A stretch of 61,355 nt of DNA, filler included, from Dugesia japonica (GCA_001938525.1; 4 parts of 4 records of this genome joined end to end with filler, not necessarily neighbours in it); one strand, 5' to 3'; counted from the first letter of the whole stretch, positions 40,801-52,421 are shown. The notes: generated by a model from the sequence alone, not told the origin. Translations and numbers: made by a program.

Positions 40801-41520
40801 TTAAATGGCCATAAGTCTTTGCGTTACCAGATCAAAAGGCAGAAACAATAGCGCAAGTATTCGTTGAAAATATTTTATTTCGATACGGTACACCTCAAAA
40901 ACTATTGACGGATCGTGGAACAAATTTCACTAGCGATTTATTTAAAGCAATCACGGAAATATTTAAGATCTTAAAACTGACAACGTCACCATATCATCCA
41001 CAAACAGATGGATTTGTGGAACGATTCAATGGTACATTAATTAACATGTTGGCGTCTTATACGAATCGAAAACAGAAAGATTGGGATCTATTTATTGATT
41101 CATGTTTACATGCGTATAGAAATAGCGTACATTTTGGTGCAGATGAAACACCTTTTTACTTGACATACTTAAGGAGGAATAATATGCCAATAGATTTAGA
41201 ATTTCAACCACTGACAACTCAATACATGGAAGTACCTTACAATAAAACAGTAATGGTAGAGCGTGTGCATCTGAACATTAAGCATCAACAAGAAAACTTT
41301 AAAAGCCATAATGATGAAAACACTAAACATCATGGAATTAAAATTTGAGATTTAGTTTACTGAAATAAACCAGAACCAACGAAGGGCTTGATGCCAAAGT
41401 TAGAGACCATACAAAGGACCTTATGAAGTATGCGGAATAACTTATACAAATTTACAGTTAAAACCAATTAAAAATAAAAAGGCTGAACCAATTATTGTAC
41501 ATGCAAATATATGCAAAAGG
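37874..41520 (+). mobile_element. Degenerate Ty3/Gypsy LTR retrotransposon internal region (gag tail, PR-RT-RH-IN)
   Basis: PR: AILDTGSSVTII (about 38405). RT: FVDYRKLNSVTRKDTYPLP, PFGL...FQRTMN, LVYIND. RH: LMTDARNYAIGAVLGQ, IEKEALAIIFAV. IN: H-DGTLGGH..CETC, MDIIGPLP, TDRGTNF, YHPQTDGFVERFN, and GPY (about 41416). Gypsy domain order; stops and frameshifts; no LTRs seen. Confidence 0.95.
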
Positions 41521-41572
41521 CTCACGGAAGTGGATGCCCAGATATATCATTTAGATCAAAACAAAAAGCTAA

Positions 41573-42613
41573 AATGAACGGGACAATAAATTTCACAATT
41601 AATGCAAATGTGCAGTCGAAAAATGCATTATTACCCACGTTATTCGTAATCGGATGCTTAGCTAATGTATTAGGTCAGAATATTAGTCTGGGAGACAATG
41701 TTACAAAATTGAAAATTATGGACAGGATGACAATTATTACAAGATATAGCGTAATATTATGGTATTTCAAAAGTAATTCTGATGAAATGTGTTTGATTCG
41801 TAATTTGAATATATCATCAAGGTTTACGAGTTGAATTATAGAATTAACAAAATAATCATTCGAAACTTAAAAATTAACAGTGAATATGCATTTAAAATTT
41901 ATTATTTTGTCATTGAATATGTGGGTAAAAATACTACTAGTAAAATAAAAATGAAAGTTTGGTAGACAAGAATATGGACAGAGAAAATTAAAAACACGAT
42001 TGAAATTGAACCGCTTGATAATGAAATTCGTATTTATTGGAAACCAATTAATTATTTAAAGGTTACTATTGAATGTTTTAACTTAAATGCAGTGATTTTA
42101 GATACCCTGAATTGCCATAAAAGATTTATACGCTATGAAAATTTACAATCAAATATCGAGTATCGTATAAATATGATGTACTGGGAGAGGTACATCGATA
42201 AAAAGTTTACAGTGACATCTAAAAGGTGGGTTGAAATTGATAATATAAGCAAGTCATTAAACTAGTTTCGAAGAATAATAAAGTACAGATTGTGACACAC
42301 CCCAATTCTATAAAAGTGCAGATTAAATGGTTTACATCAGCGAATTATAGTAATGTGTATATCAGGAAAAAAATGATATTGCAACACTCACTAATGAACA
42401 TTCACAATATGAATTTAAAAATTTAAATTCTAATGAAAGTTATTATCTCAAAGTTAAATATTATGAAAAATCTAAATTGGAAAATCAATGGATACTATAC
42501 TTAGTAGAAAATAAATATATTCAATTAAATAAATCATTTTATGTTTTAAAAAATGACTCTTTCTATTTTAGAAATAATTCTACACTATCTAGTAAAAATC
42601 AAATTGTGCAGAC
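41573..42613 (+). pseudogene. Env-position ORF: signal-peptide-like segment plus about three fibronectin type III-like repeats
   Basis: LLPTLFVIGCLANVLG hydrophobic segment, then three roughly 90-100 aa units, each with an early Trp strand and a late NLxxNx(E)Y motif: SVILWYF...IRNLKINSEYAFKIYY; EIRIYWKP...YENLQSNIEYRINMMY; SIKVQIKWF...FKNLNSNESYYLKVKY. A few stops and frameshifts. Confidence 0.6.
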
Positions 42614-42846
42614 TACAGTAGAGGTATAAAGGCGCGAATGAGCTTGGACCCCCGATACCCTCAACTTACTGCAAATAAACATGAATTTCAATTTCGGGTA
42701 CTGCCAACGATGAATTTTCAGTTTTGGTCAATTCTTGAATAAAAATGAAAAATCATCATTTGTAGTTGTAAAAAATCAGAGTTTAACTGTTAATAATAAA
42801 TGATAAATGGGATAAAGCATCACCCCGCCTTTATACCTCTACTCTA
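42614..42846. mobile_element. ~230-bp MITE (TA-CAGTAG ends, Tc1/pogo-like)
   Basis: AGTAGAGGTATAAAGGCG (from 42617) and perfect inverted CGCCTTTATACCTCTACT (42826-42843), flanked by TA. Confidence 0.85.
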
Positions 42847-42864
42847 ATTTAATTTTTAAAAATC

Positions 42865-43680
42865 TAGTGGTGATTGATTATTAAAAATATTGAATAAAAA
42901 CTCTAATGGTTAATTCAACATGATTATTCAAATCAAGTATTTTTAATTTTGCTGGATGATTATTTAATATGATTATTGAACATGATTATTTTAACAAGTG
43001 ATTGATTATTAAATATAATTAATTTAACAAGTNNNNNNNNNNNNNNNNNNNNNNNNNNNNNNNNNNNNNNNNNNNNNNNNNNNNNNNNNNNNNNNNNATT
43101 ATTCAAAATTTCTAAATACTTTTAATCTTGCTGAATGATTATTTTAACAAGTGATTGGTGAATGATTATTTTAACAAGTGATTTTAATTCAACTTGAATA
43201 ATTTTCAGTTGGTGATGGATAATTTTAATTTAAAATTCTAGTGGTTGAATGATGATGGTGATTGATTATTTTAATTCAACATTTTAATTCAACATGGTTA
43301 TTCAACATATTCGATTGATGATGGTGATAGATAATTTTAACAAGTGATTGGTGATGGATAATTTTAACAAGTGATTGGTGATTGATTATTTAACAAGTGA
43401 TTGGTGATTGATTATTTAAATTTAATATTTTAGTGGATATCGATAATTGATATTGATAATTGATATTGATAATTGATANNNNNNNNNNNNNNNNNNNNNN
43501 NNNNNNNNNNNNNNNNNNNNNNNNNNNNNNNNNNNNNNNNNNNNNNNNNNNNNNNNNNNNNNNNNNNNNNNNNNNNNNNNNNNNNNNNNNNNNNNNNNNN
43601 NGATATTGATAATTGATATTGATAATTGATATTGATAATTGATATTGATAATTGATTATTCAACATGGTTATTCACATTA
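42865..43680. repeat. Compound tandem-repeat region incl. 13-bp GATAATTGATATT array
   Basis: TTTAACAAGTGATTGGTGA-type units at 42865-43430; (GATAATTGATATT)n at 43441-43655 spanning a gap. Confidence 0.85.
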
Positions 43681-44115
43681 TTTTCCAATTCTTTAAAAAA
43701 TTCAGTTTTATTGTTTTTTAAAGAAATTTCATTGGAAACCAAGTTAGAACTAGTTGAATATTTTTTTCTTTATGTTTATGCTTTTTTCCAAGGTTCTAAA
43801 AACGAAGTAAATGTAAATGTTCCTGTTACATTTCTATTTTGAGTTATATTTCTTTTTTTCTTATTATATGGAATATTAAAGTGATTCAAGTATTTTCTTA
43901 TTGTTTATTCATTTACATCATTATCTTTAGCAAATTTCTAAACTGAGTTATTTACAAAATCATAGTCTAGTAATTTTTTATAAATATTATCGAATGTCAG
44001 AGACATTTATATGAAGTAAAATACTGTAATCCCTACTGTAATCCGTACTGTAATCCATACTGTAAACTGTATACTGTAAACTGTAAACAAAAGTTTTAAA
44101 TAATCTATATATAAA

Positions 44116-44475
44116 ATGGATAATGAATTATGTAAACAAAAACAGAGTTCAAAGTTGAAAAAAGAATTTTCTTTAACATTAACAACTTTATTGGAAACTT
44201 TAAAAAATGTACAAAATATTGAAAAATTTAGTCTAGATGATATTAATGCTTTAAGTGAAATTCCAATAACTAAAGAATTTGAGGAAAATAAAATGTTGAC
44301 ATTAGAAGATTTAACAAAAAAATTAAAAGGGGCTTCTAAAGATGAAGAAAGTATATTTAAAGCATGTTTTACTATTATAATGGCTAGTGATACAAGATCA
44401 GGATGTATTGAAATATTATATGATGATTTGAGTACAAGGTATAATGAAGTATCAGAAATGTATAAAAAGCAATGA
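44116..44475 (+). CDS. Hypothetical 119-aa helical protein, probably adintovirus/Polinton-like
   Basis: Intact ATG-to-stop ORF, intronless; its stop overlaps the next ATG (ATGA); upstream of the capsid gene. Confidence 0.5.
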   Translation: MDNELCKQKQSSKLKKEFSLTLTTLLETLKNVQNIEKFSLDDINALSEIPITKEFEENKMLTLEDLTKKLKGASKDEESIFKACFTIIMASDTRSGCIEILYDDLSTRYNEVSEMYKKQ

Positions 44476-44795
44476 ATGAATTGCAAAAAGAGCGGGATGA
44501 GCATAATAAATTAAGGAAAAAATATAAAGAGACATTGAAACCAGAAGTAGCAAGCTTGGGTGGANNNNNNNNNNNNNNNNNNNNNNNNNNNNNNNAAAAA
44601 CCAATATTGGCTAAAGATTATGTAAAAATACATAATCAAATACGACAGGTTCATGGAGATTTAAAAGAAGGAAAATTTACACGAGTGGCAGTACCAGATG
44701 GAATAGAAAATATTAGTAGAATTTATCTTAAACCAGCATTGGAAGATTCGGTTGAAATAAAACCATCAAAGGGTAATGTTGAAAAATTCAAGTAG
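44472..44795 (+). CDS. Hypothetical basic/coiled-coil protein, probably adintovirus/Polinton-like (contains short gap)
   Basis: ATGA overlap with the previous ORF; ends 27 bp before the capsid ATG. Confidence 0.45.
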   Translation: MNELQKERDEHNKLRKKYKETLKPEVASLGGXXXXXXXXXXXKPILAKDYVKIHNQIRQVHGDLKEGKFTRVAVPDGIENISRIYLKPALEDSVEIKPSKGNVEKFK

Positions 44796-44822
44796 GACTG
44801 TTTTAAAATATTTCTATGAAAA

Positions 44823-46041
44823 ATGGATCTAGATTATAATTATAAATTTGTTCATGTACAAAATAAAGTAGATGTATTAAAATTTTCACCAATCTCTGGT
44901 TCAATGGTTAATTTAAACAAAGCAGGAGAAGTAACATTTCAATCTTTACAAAACACAAATCCATTAGACATTCGAAATGAAAAATTGTATTACAAGATTG
45001 AAATTGAACCAAAAGATGCTATACTTGAAAATGACTGGTTTCCAAATTTGTTTAGTAGGATCATCAACTATAGAAAGTATTGAAAACCCTGGAGTGGCTT
45101 CTACAATGTTGAATTTAATTTTGATTGACGAATCTTGTTTAAAATCAGCAAGTGCATATAGATGGGTACCTGATGTTAAAAATGGAACAGCTGATGATTC
45201 TAGTTTTGAAGTTAGAAAAACCTTGTTTTCATCGGGTTTTTTTCCTCTATGTGATTTGTTTGGTTTTGTTCAAAATTATAATAGATTATTATTTATTGTT
45301 TTTATACAATTGCATTTGAATAGAAATGTACAAGATGAATTAATATTTTTTAATAAAACCAAGATTGAAATAAAAACTTTGGAATTACACATACCAGAAT
45401 GGACTTTAAATCCTAGATCAGAATTAAACTATTTGGAAAAACTAGCAACAAATAAAGGAATCCAAGATTTATTTCTAGAACGAGATTTAAATAAAAATTC
45501 AAATTCTAATGGAACAAACTTTTCAATAAAGATGGGAAATTTATCCTATAGACCAAGACTTGTAATTGTTGGATTTGATGTAAATAATAATTTATTTTCC
45601 TTGAGTAGTTTAATAACTAAAAAGATTACAGATCCAGCAGATGCANCAAAAAAGATTGATAAAGTGTTTATATATTATTTAAAAAGTATACAAATACAAT
45701 TGAATAATACATATTATCCAAATACTAGAATAGAATTTGATGACAAGAATACAATATTTCCATATCAGAATTATATAGACATGTGTGTAGCATTTAATTG
45801 TAGGCCTCAATTATCAATAAAACAATGGACTAGTTTGTATCCAATATTTTGTTTTGATACTTCTGCTCAAGATGATAAAACGACCATCAACAATGTAGAT
45901 GTAACATGTCATTTAACAAAGGATACAGAATTAACTGGGGATTTGTATTGGTTAATATTACAAGAAAACCATGTTGAATTTAAAATATCAAATGGAAAAG
46001 TTATGTTTGTAGAAAATATACGAGGGAGTGATGTAAAATGA
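44823..46041 (+). CDS. Double jelly-roll major capsid protein, adintovirus/Polinton type (one frameshift at ~45060)
   Basis: PISGSMVNLNKAGEVTF; PNLFS / IESIENPGVASTM...WVPD; PLCDLFGFVQNYNRLL; RPRLVIVGF; LKSIQIQLNNTYYP; LYPIFCFDTSAQ. About 400 aa and beta-rich, as in invertebrate adintovirus-type MCPs. Confidence 0.85.
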
Positions 46042-47199
46042 CCANCTGACTGATATTAAATAAGACTGAATGACTTAAAAGTGTTTATAAAAAATGGAGA
46101 CTTTTAAATGTCCAAAATGTAATTACAGCAAGAGCAAAAGTAACAAGTCACGACACTTGAAATATTGTAAAGAGAGCTCCCAAACAGTAAAAAATGTTAT
46201 TGGAAATTCTATTGAAAATGTAAATNNNNNNNNNNNNNNNNNNNNNNNNNNNNNNNNNNNNNNNNNNNNTTAATTAATTAANNNNNNNNNNNNNNNNNNN
46301 NNNNNNNNNNNNNNNNNNNNNNNNNATTTCAAAATAAAAATTATAACCATCATTATTTGTTTATTGAAACAAATTAAAACTATATGCTCTAATCGGAAAC
46401 TATTTTTCACAAATTGGAAAATTTAGATTTAAAACTTGATTTAAATTAATTTGAAAATTTACAGGAAATAATCATTTTTTAATAACATCCTTTAAAATTT
46501 TCACAAAATTTTAAAACAAAAAATGATCGTTTGTTAATAACATATTCTTTTAAAATTTTTACAAAAACTTTCATAAAATTTTCAAAACAAAATCACCTGC
46601 TATTAAATTATCATTTTAAAATCTTAACTTTCAAAACAAAATTGTCATTTCCAAAAATTTTAATTTTAAATTAATTTGTGATTTTTAAAAAAAAAGATTT
46701 TTCAAAAAAACAATTTTCAACCATAGCACAAAAATTTTAACTCGCTTCTAAACCACTCACACAGACTAACTTAATTCGAACTTTCTTTAAATTATTTTAA
46801 TCTATCAATTTTTTAAGATTGAAAGTTTTAATCATTTCTGTAAAATTATGCTAGTATTGATTAATTTGAATAAAAATAATTATACAATCAACCAAATTTA
46901 TGTGTTACTATAAAACCAATGAACTTGATTATTCAAAGTGTGTTAGATAATATAAAATTAAAATCAATTAAAAAATATATTTAAACAGAAAAAACAAATT
47001 ATGCTTGCAAAATATTTATTATGTAAGACTGATATGTGAAATTGTAACCTCAAAAATTTAAACGAAATGAATTTTTAACAAATTAAAAAATAATCATTAC
47101 ATTAAAAAGAATTAATAACAAATGCTAGCTGCAGTTAACAAAATTTTAAGATTAAAGTTAAGTGGAGTAATTAAAGAAAAATAAGTATGAATAATTATT

Positions 47200-47320
47200 T
47201 TTCAATTATTGCGAAAATAATTGTTGTACTTAACCATTAATCGCATTTGCTATTTCATTAAAATAATAGTTTCGATCTAAATGTTGTTTTGTTTCTTTTT
47301 TTGGTAGACATTCAAATTTA
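47200..47320. repeat. Arm of the foldback repeat family seen at 57330-57715, cut by the mariner insertion
   Basis: CATTAAAATAATAGTTTCGATCTAAATGTTGTTTTGTTTCTTTTTTTGGTAGACATTC is near-identical to 57334-57392. Confidence 0.75.
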
Positions 47321-48510
47321 TATTAGGTGTACCAAAAAGTAATGCGGATTTTTAAAAATCTATTTTTTTATCATATATGATTAAATAAATCTTATTGTTT
47401 ATATATTGTATTTTGTTGGAATATTCATTGATTATTAAGATAAACATTTAAATATTATTACTTTGTTAATATTTTTAGATTTAAACATGACAAAATTTAT
47501 TCCTGGAAAAGAGCATTTGCGTGTAGTGATGATCCACTATTTTATTATGTAAAAAACTGCTGCAGAAACATACTGCATACTTTGCAATGTCTATCGGGAA
47601 CATGCACCATCTCAGGATACCAGTGAGCGTTGGATAAAGCACTTCAAAAATTATGATTTCAATGTGAAGGACAATGAACATCCAGGTAGTACTTCTGCAT
47701 TTGAAGACCGACAAATACAAGCTTTATGGGATGAAGATGCATGTCAAACTCAAAAACAACTAGTCATGCAACTAGACGTTGCCCAGCAAACAGTTTTTGA
47801 TCACTTAAAAGCAATGGGCAAGATTTTTAAGGAAGGGATATGGGTGCCATATAAACTGGACGATAGACAACTGGAAAACAGAAAAGTAGTCTGTGAAATG
47901 TTACTGCAACGACACGAACGAAAATCTTTCTTACATAAAATTCTGACAGGATATGAGAAGTGGATTTATTATAAGAATCCCACACGCAAGAAATCATAGA
48001 TTGATCCGGGTCAAGATTAAAAACAGACTGCAAAGCAAAATCGTTTAGGAAAGAAAACAAAACTCTGCGTTTGGTGGGATCAAATGGTGTGGTATATAAA
48101 ACAAGGTCAAACTATTAATTCTGATAGCTATAAAAAACAAATAATGGAGCTGAACCAATGTTTGATTACCAAACGTGCAAAATGGGCAAAAAGACATGGT
48201 AAAATAATTTTGCTCTATGACAACGCATCGTCACATACTTCAAAAGGAGTAAAAAACATGTTAAAAGATCTAGCCTGGGAAGTACTCACCGTCAGCTATA
48301 CTCACCAGATCTTGCTCCTTCAGATTTTTATCTGTTCCGATCAATGGAACATGGACTTGCTGATCAGCACTTCAAATATTAAAAAGATGTCCAAAAATGG
48401 ATCTCTGAATGGTTCGCGTCGAAACACAAAAAATTCTTTTTATGTATCTTTTAAAATTTTCGTGTTTTGTTTTTCAAAAAAATTCGCATTACTTTCCGTT
48501 GCACCTAATA
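47321..48510 (+). mobile_element. Full-length degenerate mariner (Mos1/mauritiana-like) with TIRs and TA duplication
   Basis: TA-TTAGGTGTACCAAAAAGTAATGCGGATTTTT ... AAAAATTCGCATTACTTTCCGTTGCACCTAA-TA. Transposase MTKFIPGKEHLR (from 47488), WVPYKL, ILTGYEKW (catalytic D lost), YDNASSHT, YSPDLAPSDFYLF. Confidence 0.95.
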
Positions 48511-50379
48511 TTATTATTATAATTAATTTATATTTTAATTATAATTTTTGTAAGATTCAAAATAATTACAATTTTAAGCCATTTTTGACAAAAACAAATT
48601 TTAAAAAGTTGATTAATATATGCAAATTTGAAAGTGAAAGTATTTTCAATTGTTTTAATTTCATTTTCATCGCATTGTTAAATAGATAGCTAAATACTAA
48701 TAGTTATGTAGAATTTTAAATAGATTTTTCAATTGTAAATCATACTTTAATTAAGAAAAATATGGAGTTAAATACTGTGTTAAACTCAATTAATCTGGAG
48801 CCTCATGTCGGAAAAATTTGCCCTGTTAAAAAGGTGCAAAAATGATAGACTTCGACAATTACATAGAAACAATTATGTCCAACAGAAATCTAACAAAATC
48901 TAAGAATCAATAAATTATGCCACAAAAGAAGAATCTAATAAATCACTTGGTGTAAAGTATAGTTTTATATTAACTTTTTCGTTATGGAATATTTTCAAAG
49001 TCACACTGCTCCGAATACGTGTATAAACGTTAACCCTAGATAATAAAAATTGGAGTCTGGGCGCGATTTTTAAACTTTAAAATTTAAATCTTTACTAACT
49101 CGTGACTAACACACCACANNNNNNNNNNNNNNNNNNNNNNNNNNNNNNNNNNNNNNNNNNNNNNNNNNNNNNNNNNNNNNNNNNNNNNAGTATGTATATA
49201 ATTGTTTTAATTATTATTTTCAAAGTGGTGAATTTAGGTGGTGACATGCTGACATGTCTCACTACTCTCCTGTCCATCATTTATCGTATTGAAGGAGGCA
49301 TTTTGCACTATAACTCCTTTAGACAATGTATGAATGGTTTTCGATTCTCATTTCATTGATGGTTGTTTCAACCAAAAAATTGGAACTATCCACCGTAGAG
49401 TCAAATATTTTGTTTTAGCGATATCGTCAAGAAAACATTTATATTTAAAATTTTATTAGTGAGATATATTCTACTTTTAATTCTCTATCACGTGGTATCA
49501 AAAACTTGATGAATGTGATGCCAAAACTTTGATGTAGAACGATTTAAAAAAACATTTTAAATTTTAAATCTTTAATAACTCTTTACCCTTACATCTGACT
49601 AAAGTTAAAATAACGCCATTGTGTTTATCATCTTATTGCACATCCAACAATATCAAGTTTAACCAGAAAACATTTTTGAAGTGAACTTTGAACTATAAAA
49701 TCTATATGTACCTTTAGCCACCATTTTGAATTGGAAAGAAGCATTTTGATAAATTTTGTATGGATATGTTCCTATCTTAGTTTCTAATTTTCTATCTAAA
49801 TCTGAAAACCAGAATCCACGATCACTTCATAGGCGAGAGGAGGGGGCAACATAAGGAAACATATTCCCGATTAAACAATTATAGACAGTTTTTGATGCTG
49901 ATTCTAGTGGTGCTAATATGGTTTTGTATAAATTATTATTTCATTAAGTATAAACACTCATCCCTCGATTTACACGGTAGATACGTTCTTGAAAAAATCA
50001 TGCAAAACGAAACCGTGTATATACAGTTCATACAAAGTAGCCATTAACTATTATCATTATAGTGGTGTCGTGCGCAACATCCTTTATCTAGAGAACAACG
50101 CATTATATGACCAAAGTCCTTTAGGTAATGTATATGTAGTTTTTAATTTCCAGTTGAATGATACCAATATCGACTTGATCCGATAAAAATTGAGGTTGAA
50201 TGAGTTATCAACTTTACATCTTTAATAGCGTTTCACCATCACGCTTGATTGAACCCAGAATTGCACCATGAGATTCGCCGCGTCATTACGAATCCAACGA
50301 TACCATGATAATACCTGTACAATGAAGTATCATCCGGGAAAGTCAATATAAAAATATGAATTTATTTCTATATACAAAT

Positions 50380-50461
50380 TTCAAACGAGGTCAAAGGGCA
50401 AATCAGTATATTTCGGTACCGTGGGGATGTTGGTGCCATGCGTTACTATCTACCTACTCAT
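50380..50461 (-). mobile_element. Second copy of putative Polinton-like terminus
   Basis: CTATCTACCTACTCAT identical to 54263-54278, preceded by a GGGG tract and AGGTCAAAGGGCA. Confidence 0.45.
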
Positions 50462-51589
50462 GAGTTTCTATAATAAATTTACTTAAGCAAATTACCTCAT
50501 ATCAATGTTTCAATAAAATAATACATACAAAATAACCCATATCTATTCAAAAATATTTATCATTTAATATCCAAATACTTATCCATTAAAATTTAAACNT
50601 TAATATATTTCATTAAATTTTAACTAAACTTTAAATAAGATTCAATAAGATCCTAGGAATCCTTATAGAAACACTGAAATATAGAAATAGAAAAGAAATA
50701 CAAGAATGTGTTCCAAAAAAATATACATTTACAAAAATGTATTTTAATATTTTTACATTTTAATAAATTAAAAATTAGACCCTTATATTTTTAATCATAT
50801 ATCAAATAAAAAATAATTTTAAGAATAAATTTTAATGTTATAATAATTTTAATATACTCTGTAAAATTTAGAAATTTCCTAAGACATGCGCTATTTTTTA
50901 CAAACACAATAAATCTCTATAGAAAGTTTCTATTAGAAACCTTACAAATGCCTACAAAACTATATAAAAACCCAATAAATCACTTTAAAACCATATCAAC
51001 ACCAGATAAATCCTATAAAACCCTATACAACTTACACAACCAAACACTCTAATAAACTTTATATAACGATTAAATTATACACATGCCAATAAACTAATAA
51101 ACCCTTAACGAGGGTTCATTCATCAATACACACGCATCTTACATAACTTTTGACATGTTATGTAATTAATGACATAAAAATTGTCATATTATCTAATAAA
51201 ACATGAGCAAAATCTTCGATAGTTGCTATGTTAGAATTTTCTAAAACTTTTAAGGAATTAAATAGAATTGTTTAGGATTTTACAGATTTATAAGTTTTAT
51301 AAGATGTTCAGAATTTTATAGGGTATTCTAAATGATCAAATAGGGTATTCAGAGTTTTATAAGGTTTTATATGATATTATAGGGTTATTATGGTAGTAAA
51401 GAATTTTAGTATCATTACAAAAGTTTCATATAAATTTGCACTCTTTTTATTTAAACATACAATTTTCATTAAGACACATAAAACTGTTAATATATTATAT
51501 ATTAAATTCAATAAGTTATACATACTTTGCATTAAAACTTTTATCATTGTCAATAAATATGTATTAAGTACGATAATTCATACAACAAA

Positions 51590-51925
51590 TTAAAAGCCAA
51601 CTCATTTAAAAAACTAATAGAAAATATGCAAAATTTCTTAGCCATGACACATAAAAATTAGTAATCAACACATTAAAATTATAATCAATCACATTAAATT
51701 TTAAGCCAACCAATAAAAAATGATAGTCAACATGTAAAAATTCTAAGCCAGTATGTAAAATTTCAAATCAGCATACAAACATTCTAAGCCAACATCTTAA
51801 AATTATAATGCGTTACACGAAAATTACAATCCATCACACAAAATTGTAACACATTACACTGAAATTATAATCTGTCATACAAAAATCAAAACCAATACAC
51901 AAAAAATTATAAGTCAACATCATAT
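51590..51925. repeat. Degenerate ~20-21 bp tandem repeat (AAGCCAACACATAAAAATTAT-like)
   Basis: Direct reading of about 15 diverged units. Confidence 0.7.
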
Positions 51926-52421
51926 AAGTGTAAAAATTTACTAGATGTTGATGAAATATTTTAAAAATTTACTAGAAGTTAATAAAGGTTTGATAAAAGT
52001 AATACATCCATTAAACCAGTACATATATTAAAACCCATTTTAAAAATACACTAAATAAAATAAATATGGTTGAGAACCTAGTACACTCAATAACTTATTG
52101 TTGAAAATCCAGTAATGATTTTAAAGTTTGTCCCGACATATTAGAATTTTATTCATATTAATTCAACTATTTCATGTCAGTTAATTCTATTCTGGTAACT
52201 TATTTGATTAATTAGTTCATATTTCTCAAAATATACATAGAAATAAATATAATTTTTCATAAATTACATAGAAATTGGNNNNNNNNNNNNNNNNNNNNNN
52301 NNNNNNNNNNNNNNNNNNNNNNNNNNNNNNNNNNNNNNNNNNNNNNNNNNNNNNNNNNNNNNNNNNNNNNNNNNNNNNNNNNNNNNNNNNNNNNNNNNNN
52401 NNNNNNNNNNNNAAATATAAA

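Noticed and set aside
40452-41348. Integrase as the Polinton's own retroviral-like integrase
   Set aside because: It is contiguous with PR-RT-RNase H in Gypsy order and has the HHCC and GPY modules, so it belongs to the retrotransposon.
38500-41350. In-frame TGA stops in Gypsy pol and the capsid tail suggesting an alternative genetic code or readthrough
   Set aside because: TAA and TAG stops and frameshifts occur just as often, and the stops replace different residues; ordinary pseudogene decay.
37874-42900. LTR pair for the Gypsy element
   Set aside because: No direct repeat, PBS or PPT recognised; both ends appear truncated.
31144-46225. One intact Polinton spanning the whole segment
   Set aside because: Two dissimilar capsids, an inverted and incomplete PolB, an internal terminus-like motif, no matching TIR pair, and no ATPase or integrase recognised.
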